Shown: piece by piece, positions 1 to 12,200 of the stretch
Layout of the letters: the number at the start of each line of letters is the position of its first letter
Position numbering within the stretch: position 1 is the first letter of the stretch
Origin: Podarcis erhardii
Lineage: Eukaryota
Length of the DNA: 64,000 bases
Assembly (NCBI GenBank): GCA_964252035.1
Contig: OZ176204.1
Strand: one strand, 5' to 3'
Made by a program: the position numbers and the translations under genes
The notes under the pieces: generated by a model
What the model was told of the DNA's origin: nothing
The model's database searches: none
What the model saw: the letters and a program-made list of their open reading frames with translations, nothing else

Positions 1-134
1 TAGTTATTCCATTGAAATCTCTTCATATGTTGCTCATTTCTATGGTATTCTATGAACCTCTCTTCTATGACTTTGTTGTTAACCAGCTACACAGGTTAGT
101 ATCCAGCATAAAAGCCAATTCAGGTTAATCATAC

Positions 135-250
135 CTTCTTAGGTTTGGGGGACAGCAACTCCTCTCTAAGCGACACATAGACCTTTGATTCTAGGGAATC
201 AATGCAGAGAACCACAGCTCTTGTTTTTTCACCCTGGACAATGTTTTTGC
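135..250 (-). CDS. PDCD11: PDCD11 exon 19
   Basis: 116 nt, [38 protein letters not shown]. Confidence 0.87.
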
Positions 251-3200
251 CTTTAAAAACAAACAAACATGCACCATAAGATTATTGCTTGATATAACTG
301 GGGCAAAATGAAGCAACTGCATTTCAGTACTTCAGTAAGAGACACTATTTATTTACATTACATCACTGATAGCTGAGTCAGGAGAAAAAACAAGAATTCA
401 CTCATGTTTCAGACACACTTCTGCGACTCACTGTTCAAAAAGACTCCACTCTTTGCAATCAATTATAGTATATCAGAGCAAAATATAGTATATCAGGACA
501 AAGTAGACAAGGGGGGGGGGGAGACCACAAAGTATGTCCTACCTCCAAGGTGACTATGAGTAGCCATTATAGTTAAGCCAGAAACAGAGGTGCTATCAAA
601 TAGTGCTGAACCATCAGTGTTGACTTTGCGAGCTGTTAGCATCAGCTTCTGCCCTGGTTTTAATTCACAGACTTTTTGAACCACACCGACATCATCTGAG
701 GATAAAGAAAGAACTAAGTCCCATTTGCAGTATGATGTTTCATCGCTGAACTATAGAAAGTCAGAGTAAGTATAAGAAGGATTAACTATTAAAAATGAGT
801 GGGCTCCCTTATTTTGAGGAATTATGCTCTGGTGCCTGAAAGTAACTTTCTTGCTGTATCTTTATGTCAATATGAAAATGGAAGGAAAAAATGGGGTCTT
901 TTAAGCTCATAGCAAATGAGCTAGTCACCCAGAAACAAAGTGCCAGTCAAAGAAATGTAATCTTTCTCCAACTGCAAGTTAAGCAAAACCCACTTGGCAA
1001 TCACATATAGCAGAAAACCACCCCGAGTGACTAGATGTTTTACCTGAAACTGAATCTTTGAACCTCTCTTTAAATAAAAGTTTGAAAAGTTCCTAGGCCT
1101 CCTGATTTTAGACAAAATGTTGAGAAAAGGTGTTCCCAGCTTGTGCCCCAAAACCAGGACGCTCACATGCATCCACTATGCGTATGTGGCCAACACAAGG
1201 TTTCCATGGGCCATCTTTTATCATCATGACAGCCTTTACCTCTTCCACTCCTGATACTCTTGATCTCCTGCAGCTCCTTAAAGTATTTGTGCAGCAAACA
1301 GAAGCTCTCAGAAACAGAATCCTCGGAGGAGCACTCAGACACCTTCAGGGACAGCAGAATGCGTTGCTTCTCCTCGTCAATGCTGGTCACTTTGGCAACT
1401 ACAGTCTGACCTACCACATAATGGTCTTTGGTGTCTGTCACAAACTTGTCACTCATTGCCTATAGCAATTAGGAGATAAGAACCAATTAATACTGTTCCT
1501 TAAGAGTGCCCTTGCAAGAGAGCTATCAACACTACCAGCCTCAAGACTTCCAGAAAGGAAGGAATGCAATCAAAACAGTTCCAGACAAGAAACCTTTTAC
1601 CTAGGCTGAGTTAGAGACAGCTCTATTAGCTACTTCATGCTAGCAGTCTAATTAACATTTCATTGCTAGATTGTTTGCCTGTCTAAGTAAAGACTAAAGG
1701 TTGCATTTTCAGCTAGCTGAAGATCTTTGGATAACGTTCAATGTGTTTTAAAAGTCGAATTTGTTCTATAAACCTCTATTCTTTGACAGTCAGCTGATGC
1801 CAATAAATTGGGAATTGTGCCATGTATTACTGCTCTTTGGGGAATGCGACAAGTGTATATATGGATCAGCACAAGTGCTTGAATGCTCTTTGGGCGCATG
1901 GCTATGGATGGTTGTGCCAGAAGCGGTTTAGTCATGCTGGTCACATGACCCGGAAAGCTGTCTTTGGAGCAATGCAGGCTCCCTTGGCCTGAAGCGAGAT
2001 GAGCGCTGTACCCCGTAGTCACCTTTGACTGGACTTAACCATCCAAGGGGTCCTTTACCTTTGCCTATGGATGGGGGCCATCTTGAGTGCCTGCATTTCA
2101 AAACATACCACTAGGAAACAGCTTCTCTCACACCACTTGCAAGCAGGAAATTCCTATGTATTATTTACTCCCAAATCCATCTAGAGAACTCATCTCATCA
2201 GGAACTTTTATCCTTGAGTAGTGCAGCATAAGAGATTATTTCAACTAGAAAGCACCCCTTCCTCAACATCTGCGAATAAACCTATTTTAGTAGGGACAAT
2301 GCAACATGCCTTACCGACTTGGGTGCTAGTCCTGTCAGACCATATGGAAACTCCACAAACACACCATAAGGCATGACATTTCTCACAAAGCCAGTCAGCA
2401 GCAATCCAGGCTGGATGTCTGAAAAGCTCTTCACCACCCGTTCCTCCTCAATTGCTGAAATAACCGATGGCTTTCTGCTCAGGGTCTAAACAATGGGTCA
2501 AGGAATAAAATTGGGGAGAAGGAGCATACTGGTAGTTTGGTTTTATTTGGCAGCCACAAAACAAGCATTTCACCAAAGCCTATCAACATAGAGGGGGAGG
2601 TAGGCAGACTGTTATAACACAGGGGATGTAGGACATAATTGTGCCAAAAAGTAAGATCATGTTGCAACCAACCTCCTGATTCCATTCAGATTCCGCGGGG
2701 GGGGGGGGGGAATAAAACGTTCTGTCAGCAACAAGATTCCACGGGATCCCAATTCGCAGGCAGCCATTTTTAAAAAAAAACTGAAGAAAGCAAAGGGAAT
2801 AATTGCTTCATCCAAAAACCAAGGTGGTGAAGATACTAAAGGCTACAAAAACCTTTGCTCACTTCTACTCTCCCTCCATCTAAAAAATCTTCTAAGACAA
2901 TTTCTTTCCTTCAGACTGCATAGACATAGAGAGGTAAAACTGACACAGAATCTTTGAAGGTCACTTGTCTGAGAGACAATATATGCAATGCAATGCAAGT
3001 TAATGCTGTTGTACAACATAAAATGGCTAAATGATTTCACCAAGCTTGGCTGGACTTTACAAGGATACAACATGACCTCCCTTGTCATGGAGGCATAACA
3101 CTCTGTGGAGAATATCATCTGCTTTAAGGCAGGACCACCACAACTTGCTATTGGACACATAGTCAGAGAGATGATTTGTGGAAAGGTAGGCAAAAACATT

Positions 3201-6200
3201 GTCCGGCAAGATTGTAACTTCAAGGCCATCTTCTTTTTTCCTCAGAATTTTTACATCAACAATCTGAGCAAGAGAAAAAAGGCAACACTTTTTTAATACG
3301 TGGAAGACCACCACCTAAAATGCAATATTCCCAGGATAACAAGGTTTCTCAAAATGCAAGCAACTTAAAAGATAAAAGAAATAATCTCAGCAATCAAAGT
3401 TAAAGTCTAGGAGCATTATTATTTTTTTGGAATAACTTTTTATTGGGTTTTATAAACAAGGATCATAGGAATAATAATCAATATAAATAAATAAACCAGT
3501 TCTTATTTGAATATAACAAAAATAGCATAATAAATCTGCAGCAATATCTACAACAAATAGTTCATTATTAATGGTCATTGTATAAGTTCTTGGTTTGTGA
3601 ATTTCTTTTTTAAAAGGAGGTGGGGAACAGGATAGAATATAGTTGACAGATAACATTCATCATCGCATCGCTAAATGCCTAATCAGCTGCCCTTCTGGTT
3701 GTGCTTAGATTAAGTAAGTGCAATAGTCATTTTTACTTAGATTATCAATGAAACAATATAAAGTGTTGGTATACTGATGAACACGGGAGGGGAGTTCAAA
3801 GTGAAGATAATAATTTATATTTAAATTTAAATCTAGACCAACCAGATCGAGCATTTATTCTGATGTGCACAACACTTCAAGTTAGAATAAATGGTTTAAA
3901 TCCAACAGAAATGCTCCATGTTTGCATGAAGTAGTACTATAATTGGGACCCCATAGCACAGTCCTTCTTAAGATATATGATCTGATAATATGATCATTTT
4001 GTATGAAATAAAACCCAAGTTAGTAATATCATAAATTCCTGTCTTTGCTCCTAGCATCCTCAGGGGAATGTCAACAAGGAAAGGGAAGGGACATCTTTTA
4101 GAATAAATTACCCGTCCGGTTTCGTATGTTACTTCTCGCTTCTTTGAAGTCTTTTTTTCTCCACCATCCTCAGCTTGTGCTTCATTTGTCAGCTTGAATG
4201 ACAGCAGCAGTCTCTCCTGCTCAGGCTCACATTTTAAGACAATCACTTTGACCACCTGATTGGCAAAACAAAAGAATCTTCATATTGCAGGCATGTTCAC
4301 TCTCACACTTCAAAAACAGGACCACCTGAATGTGTCCCCAAATATCCCTCTACTGCATCCTATCTGGGTCCTAACCCATTTCCCTCCACTTTAGCTGGAT
4401 AAAACATGGAAGTTCTGTAACTTTCCACTGGCTTTATGCATCTCTCTGTGTTAAAGTAACAAATGTAAGTCATTTTACTAGTAGTTCAAAATCTTTTATT
4501 TAAATGTTTTTCAAGAGAGGAAGAGAGACCACTGCTATGTCCTACTACATAAGCATATCAAGGGTCCTGCGAATTCAGTAACAATAATCTGCCATTCATG
4601 TTCTATCACTAAACAAATGTATGTGCATTAAAGATGCTATGCAAATCTGTTATGCAAATGTGTACAGCTATTAACTAAAAAAAATATATCAAGGACAATC
4701 AGACTTTTTTACTTTTACCCAGCTTTTACCTGGCCTGCATAAAATGTTTCTTGAGGAACAATTGAAGGTGCCCCGCCGAGCTCATTTTTGGGGACAAGGC
4801 CCTTTATGTCGTTGTAGAATTTCACAATGCAGCCAAACTCCCTAGCACAGGCAACAAAACCATGGGTGATCAAGCCTGGCTTTGCATCTTCGTAACTGGA
4901 AAGGGCAGGGAGTTTGGAATTGACAAGTGTTCTCTTAAGCGTCAGAGCAAGTTTCCTTGCTTCAGGATTGCAGGAAAGCACCTGGAGGAGAAGAAGAAAC
5001 TGGAATTATGTATGCCAACTGGCAGGAAACTACAATTGAACCAAAATGAAGGAACGTCCAAAATGTCAGCTTGGAACTCATGGGATCAGTCCTAATACAG
5101 CTGGTACAACCCATCAGCTTAGAAAAATAAGGGCTACGAAAGGTTAGGAGGTAGCTGTCAGAGACAGAGCTCATCCTGTAACAGGACCTGAATAACACTT
5201 CTTTAACTATTCAAAATAGGCATGGGGAATCTGTGATCTGCAAGCTAAATAGGCCACTACATGGGTCCTAATGTGGCTGACAATGTCATTTTCCCAAGGC
5301 ACACCCACCTGCCCAACACTTGATGTCAGATGATATCAGGTGTGGGACAGGTAAAGACATATTTGTAAAGGAGCAATTCAGAGCCTTAAAGTGTGCCCTC
5401 GCTGTTCCTAGGCAAGCAGGGCTTGCATTCAGCACCTTTAAAATACCAAGTGGAGTCAATCCCTTCTAAAGTTAGCAGCAATCATCTGATTGGTGCCGAC
5501 TTCAAGCCCTGCTGGAAGAAGTTGCACTCAGAAGTTGCCTACCAAAAGCAGGGCTTGCAGTCTGTACTAAAGTCAAGGATGTCATTGCTGAAGTCAGTGC
5601 AAAGGAAGAAAGGATTGTAATTTTAGACTCTTAAAGGTCCTATTGTGGGATCCTCTCTTTAATTGGTAATGCTTATTACCTCACCTTTTTAAATATGTAG
5701 CAAGCCAGTTTGAATGCACTGGGGGCCTCTCCTGCTCATTTTGCTGAGTGGGGCCCCAGAATTTTGCCATAAACTCCTGCCTAGACGGAAACACTGTCTA
5801 CATCTCATCCTGTGGACCTGTAATCCTACACACCTGCCAGCAAGTTCCACAGAACTCAGCAAGCCTGACTTCTGAGTAGGTAAAATAGAAATATTAGAAA
5901 TTATGAATACATGTCATTGTCCCCATTTTAGATTCACTACAACTCTGAATAAGCTAGATTGAGAGATAGTAACTAATCCAAGGATTACACAGTAAACACA
6001 ATGGCTGAGAGGGATTCTGAACCTAGATTTTGCACATCCAACCTAATGTTACCCACAGAACCACAGCAGCTCTCATTATGAAGGCAGATTATTGCATGGA
6101 GAAAGCCCCCTTGGTCTCTCCTTGCTAGAGAAATCGATAAAGCAGGGCAAAGCGGTCCCTTACAGAGAGTTCTTACCCGACACCGGACAGTGCTTCCCAC

Positions 6201-9200
6201 ACTGTATTTCTTCTCTGGCTGTTTCAGAAGCACATCTGCCAGATGCAGTCGGGGAACCAGGCCCTTGATGTGCTCAGTCACCTTTACTTGCATGCCAAAG
6301 GGCTTCAGAGCCAACACCGTGCCCTAAAGTCCAAAAGAACGAGGGATCAGAAAGCAAGAAAAACTAGTACAGAAAGAGGAGATGCCCTCCATCTAACTTT
6401 GAGGTAGTGAATGTGGGGCATTCCAAACGTCTGACTCCAACTCCCATCAGCCTCAGCCAGCAAGACAAACAGTCAGAGGTGATGGGAGCTGCAGTCCAAA
6501 AACTCCTTTGGGAGGAAGGTTGGGATATAAATTGGGCAGCCATCTGGAGGGCCCCACATTGGCTACCCCAGCCCCTAAGTGTCCCTCTCCCCTCAGCTGC
6601 TACTACAGCGTTACTTAAAAACCATCGTGAAGGGAAGAGAGACGTAGCTTTCAATAATTACATTTCCCCTTATGTTTATTGTTTTATCATACAGTTTCAC
6701 TGATGCTCATTATTTAAATATTTTTATGTAGACTGCCTGGCAAGGTTTGCCTAAAAATCAGCATATAAATATCTAAACAAAGCATGATTACACAGACTAA
6801 ATGATAGGCAAGTCCATTGCACATAACTTGCACAGACTGATTTCTGTACAATTATTGCAACTGCTTTGCTGGTATACAGTGAAATTAATAGTGTTCCATT
6901 AATGTCACACAGCAGGATTTAGGTTTAAAGAGGCATTAAGCACACAAGTCAGAAGGAAATACTTCCTGGACTAAATTGAACCAAAGCCCTCGTCTCAGGT
7001 TGGTTCAGCAAGATAAACAAGATTCCAAGGATATTTCTCTCTCTCCCTGAACTTACTTCCACCACCTGTCCAGGATGAATATCATGGTATCTCAAGAATG
7101 GAGCCTCAATAATGTGTCTGCAAACAAAAAGAAAGGAAGTGAAAATTGATCTGTGTGGTGGAAGAGAAACAGATGAAAGAGTAAAGAGAACTGATTCCCC
7201 CCCCCCCAACTCTGATTCTTCCTCCTGCCCTTCTAAACAGGTCACCAAGTGAGCTTCATGGCCAAGTGGAGATATGAATCCTGGTCTCCCATGTCCTGGC
7301 CTGCCAGTGTATACCATACTGGCTCTTTTTATATCTGTGCTGTCAGTATGAAACTTGGTATATATATAAACGAGGTAGGGTATCATTGGGCTAAATATCA
7401 TTCACATTGTGTGCCATGATATAGATTGAAACTGGCCTTGGTGTACATGGGGTGGGGTAATGGATGTGTCTGGACAGAAATTCATCAGATGCTAGAATGG
7501 ACCTCAATAGAATTTCCTTTGTAACTGAAGGAGCAAAACATCACCTGAAGGCAGAAAGTTTGGGTGCCTATGGAACCAATTTTTAAAATGTGCAGATGCA
7601 ATCCATTGCACAGGTGTGCATTATGTAGCCATCTCAGTTGTTCTGAAAGCAATGGGACTTATGTCCCAACTGAAATGTATTGATTATCTGTTAGGCATAA
7701 GGAAGTTCCATCTATGCATAGAATTTAAGACATGGAGATATGCTTGAAACATGAGTATATAAAGACACTTCATAGATTGGTTCATTCAAATTGCACTCTA
7801 AAGCTTACTGTTTGAGAGACACCACCATCACATCATCCATTGGGCTGTAGTCAATAATTCGGCATTTATGCTTGCTTCCAGGCTTGAATGCTGCAGGTTT
7901 GAAAGATTTGGCAGTATCTGAAAGATGTTTTATCTGAAAGAGGTATAAAGATAGTGCAGAAAATGAAGATTAAATTATAAATCCAGACAGTTTTCTAGTT
8001 TAGGACTAACCCTGCTGTAATCCAGAAAGCAAAGCAAAGCCTAGATGCTGCATCTGTCTGATTCTACCTTCCAATATGAATCACAATGTGACCACAGAGG
8101 TTATGATCACAATGTAACCACAGATGTTATGATCGCATCTAACAAGGGCGAGCAAACAACAAAAGAATCTAGAAAAGCTCTTTGCTACCTTCAGACTCTG
8201 GGCTCTTCTCAATGCTCCAGCACAAATTAAGACATCATATAACACATTCACAAACAGATGCCAAGACACATCTATGTAACGGGCAAAAGTGCTGGTGTAC
8301 TGCTCTCCAAACATCAGCCATGATGGTTGAAAGGGTCTACCCTCCTACAAGGTGCAATCAGCATTGAGTTACTTACATGTGCAAAAGCTAGGCAGCCACC
8401 ATCCAGCTTGAAGATGGCACCAGTCTTTTTGAGAAAGGTCTCAACTGTGGAGTCTGGAACTACCCTGCCAATCTGATCACTAGACAGCTTGCCAAGTTGA
8501 GTACCAGGCTGGAGGAAAACTGGGCGTAAAGATAGGCGTATTGCCTTAGAGGTAGGATTGTTGAAGAGAATGCATGCTTTCACCTGGAGGGGAAAACACA
8601 GGGGGGGAGAGGTGTTAAGTTTGTAGGAAAAATAGGGAATGTACTGAGAATGGGACTTTACTTCTCTTAAACATTCTAGCCTCCATGACTATGGCGAAAC
8701 CATACAGAGATGCACCCGTTCAATTCATATCTTAACCAAGTCCCGCAGCACAACCTTAACACAATTTAAGACTTGCTATAAAATCACTTACCGTCTGACC
8801 TGGTGCGTAGTTTCTTGTTTTTGTAGAACTCATGTGCATGTAGTCCACAAGTCCAGAGAAGGAAGACAGAAAACTGAGAGAAATTCCAAAAGGAGTCACC
8901 TGGAAATATTCAAAAGGAAACAAAAATTGCCATGCAAGATGTAAAATTAAACAGAAGAATTTCTCTGACAGATCTAGATGAATATTAAATGAAGATTGAG
9001 TTCTAATGTGGCTGTCATGAAATGTAAATGTGTTTTATGGTTTATATGTATTATATGCTTATATGTATACAATATTAATGATTCTTTTGCTAGTGGCTCC
9101 AAATTATGTCTTCTAGTGCTGTAAATCACTAGATTTAATAACATTTTAGGGTGGTAATCAACCAAGTCGTAGGACTTGGAGTAGACACATTGAAATTAAT

Positions 9201-12200
9201 GAACCTAAGTCATGTCCATTAACTTCAATGGGGTAGCTTGACTGGGACTAATGTTGAATATCACCCTATAGAGATTTTTAAAAATCTAGGTCAAGCTAGA
9301 AGAAGGAAAAAAAACCCTCATGTGGTTCAGACACAGGGTCATAGATGTTTCCAACAAAAAGTCTCTATTTTTGCAATTATCCTTTTATTTTAACCAACCT
9401 CAGTAGTCAGACTGGAACAATTCAAAGCTGTGAAAAAGCGGATGCATGTTTTGTTTAAAATGCAGATGTGTTAGAGAATTTATTAATCTCACTGTACTCT
9501 TCCAAGAGAGAAGAAAATAAGATTAGTACATTAATTCATTAAAAAACAGCTTTACCTCCTGAATCTGGGCTTTCACCACCAGCCCAGGTAGCAAATTGCC
9601 AAGGGACCAGTTTTGTTCTTCTGTGGCAATAGCTGCAGCAACCTCCGACTGATCAATGGCCATGCGGATTATCCTCCCACCATTCTTTACTTCTTCAATA
9701 AGGCAGTTGAAGTATTGGCCTATCTTCAGCTCAGTCCCTAAGAGACCAACACATGCAACTATCATCACTTATCAGCAAAGCTTTGACATTACCTTTCTAT
9801 CACTATGGCCATTATTTCCTGGCACCAGCTACTTCTGAAATCCTTTCACATGTTCATCACATTAAAAGGCTTTTCATCCTAGACTGAAATACTTCACCTT
9901 GCATAAAAGGCTTCCTAAACAAGAGAAGCCAGGCAACAGCTGGCTGCTTATAAGTTACTGTACAATGATATGTACTCAAGAATCTCTCTCTCAAACACAC
10001 ACACACAGACACACAGACACACACACAAACATTGGGCAGTAAATTCTGCCTCTGGTAACTCCCAAATCTAAGATTTTACATTCTCTATTTATTTTTTTCA
10101 AGGCATCGGAAAAGTTTATTTGTAGAGACCAGCTGGATATAAATGTTGCCTGCATGCTTTTACATTTCCATATTTTTTTTTAAATATTTTTTAACAGTTT
10201 TTATTTTTAATTACAATACCAATAAACAATACAATAGAACACATCTCTTAACATAGTTTTCTTAACTTCTTTGGACTCCCTCACATCTCCCGCTCCTGCG
10301 TTCCTGACTATAAAATTTTATCCAACAAATTTATCCCCTTATTTCGATTCTTATTCTCTAATTTTCCAATGTTATATCTCTAATTTTAGATATCCTTTAT
10401 TCAAATCTTAAAAATTTAAATATAACCTAGAATTTCCCAAAATTTATCTTTTCTTAAATTTAGCTTATCTTCATATTTCACTTCCTCTAACTTAATGGTG
10501 CCAAGTTATTTATACTCTAGCATCCTTCTTAACATTCATACAATTTACAATATTTTTGTAGATAAATCTTGAATTTCTTCCAATCTTCTTCCACCGTTTC
10601 TTCTCCCAGGTGTCGGATTCTGCCAGTCATCTCAGCCAGTTCCATATAGTCTATCAGTTGCATCTGCCATTCTTCCAGTGTGGGTAAATCTTGGGTTTTC
10701 CAATGCTTAGCGACAAGTATCCTTGCTGCTGTTGTTGCATACATAAAAAATGTTTGGTCCTTCTTTAACACCTTCTGGCCGACAATACCCAGAAGGAAGG
10801 CCTCTGGTTTCTTAGGAAAGGTATACTTGAATACCTTTTTCAGCTCATTATATATCATTTCCCAGAAAGCCTTCACCCTAGGGCAAGTCCACCAGAGGTG
10901 AAAGAATGTTCCTTCATTTTCTTTACATTTCCAGCATTTGTTATCAGACAAGTGGTATATTTTTGCAAGTTTGACTGGGGTCATATACCATCTATATATC
11001 ATTTTCATAACATTTTCTTTCAAAGCATTACATGCAGTGAAATTCAGCCCAGTAGTCCACAACCTCTCCCAGTCCTCAAACATGATGTTATATCCAGTGT
11101 CCTGTGCCCACTTTATCATAGCCGATTTGACCGTTTCATCTTGTGTATTCCATTTTAACAGCAAGTTATACATTCTTGAAAGTACCTTAGTCTTAGGCTC
11201 TAACAATTCCGTTTCTAGCTTCGATTTTTCCACCTGGAATCCTAACTTTTTGTCAAGTTTAAAAACTTCTTTAATCTGGGCATAGTGTAACCAATCTCGC
11301 ACTTTGTCTTTCATTTTCTCCTGACTCTGCAGTTTCCAATTATCTCCATCTTTTTCTAATATTTCCCAATACTTCGGCCATTTGGCCTCCATATTGAGTC
11401 TTTTCCGGGCCTTAGCTTCCAATGGTGAAAGCCACCTTGGAGTTTTATTTTCCAGTAAGTCTTTATATTTTATCCAGACATTAAACACTGCTTTTAAGAT
11501 TTTACATTCTCTAAACCACCCATTTGCTTCTCCCCCTGCCTTAAACCCAGTACTCCTAAGTATAGTTATACCTTTGTTGGCTGACTGCAGGTAGGTCTTG
11601 GCTTTCTGACGAGGCAGAAATGCTTTTGTTGCTTGGATGCCTATGTCAATAAGGTAGCCATGATCTTCCACACTAGAGATGCAGCCAGAGAGCAGCTGTT
11701 TGGAGAAGAAGTGTAAGCTTAAAGGAAATTTTATCAGACTCCTTGTTGTTGTTCCTCCCTCCTCAAGCACTCAAGTTTCCCTGAAAAGAAACAGGACTTT
11801 GGGCTTCCACAAACGAGACCTATACCCTTCACAGCAATATTAGGACAAGATATCTGCACCTGCTGAAATTCTATTCCCTGCATTCTTATAAAAGGCACAA
11901 GAACATTTTCCCATATCAAATCACAAAAAATTAACAGATAATATGTTTTGAGCTCATCTGATGATGCCCATTGCCAGGTTCCCCAGCTACTGAGGTTAGG
12001 GTATGTGATGATACCAGAGAGGTTCTTTTCCATGGAAGCCCCTTTCTAGGTCTGTATACCTGGCACCTACATGGATGACTTTCTGGCACCAAGTAAAGGC
12101 ATTTTTATTTATCCAGACATCTTAATTCATCACAATGAGTTTTTATTACTGCTTCTTTCAATTGTTACTTTACATTTCAAAGCTATTTATCTGCTAAAGT

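Noticed and set aside
10529-11770. 413-aa ORF as a standalone gene
   Set aside because: It is a composite of intron 5 tail, PDCD11 exon 6 and L1 ORF2 with a non-ATG start.
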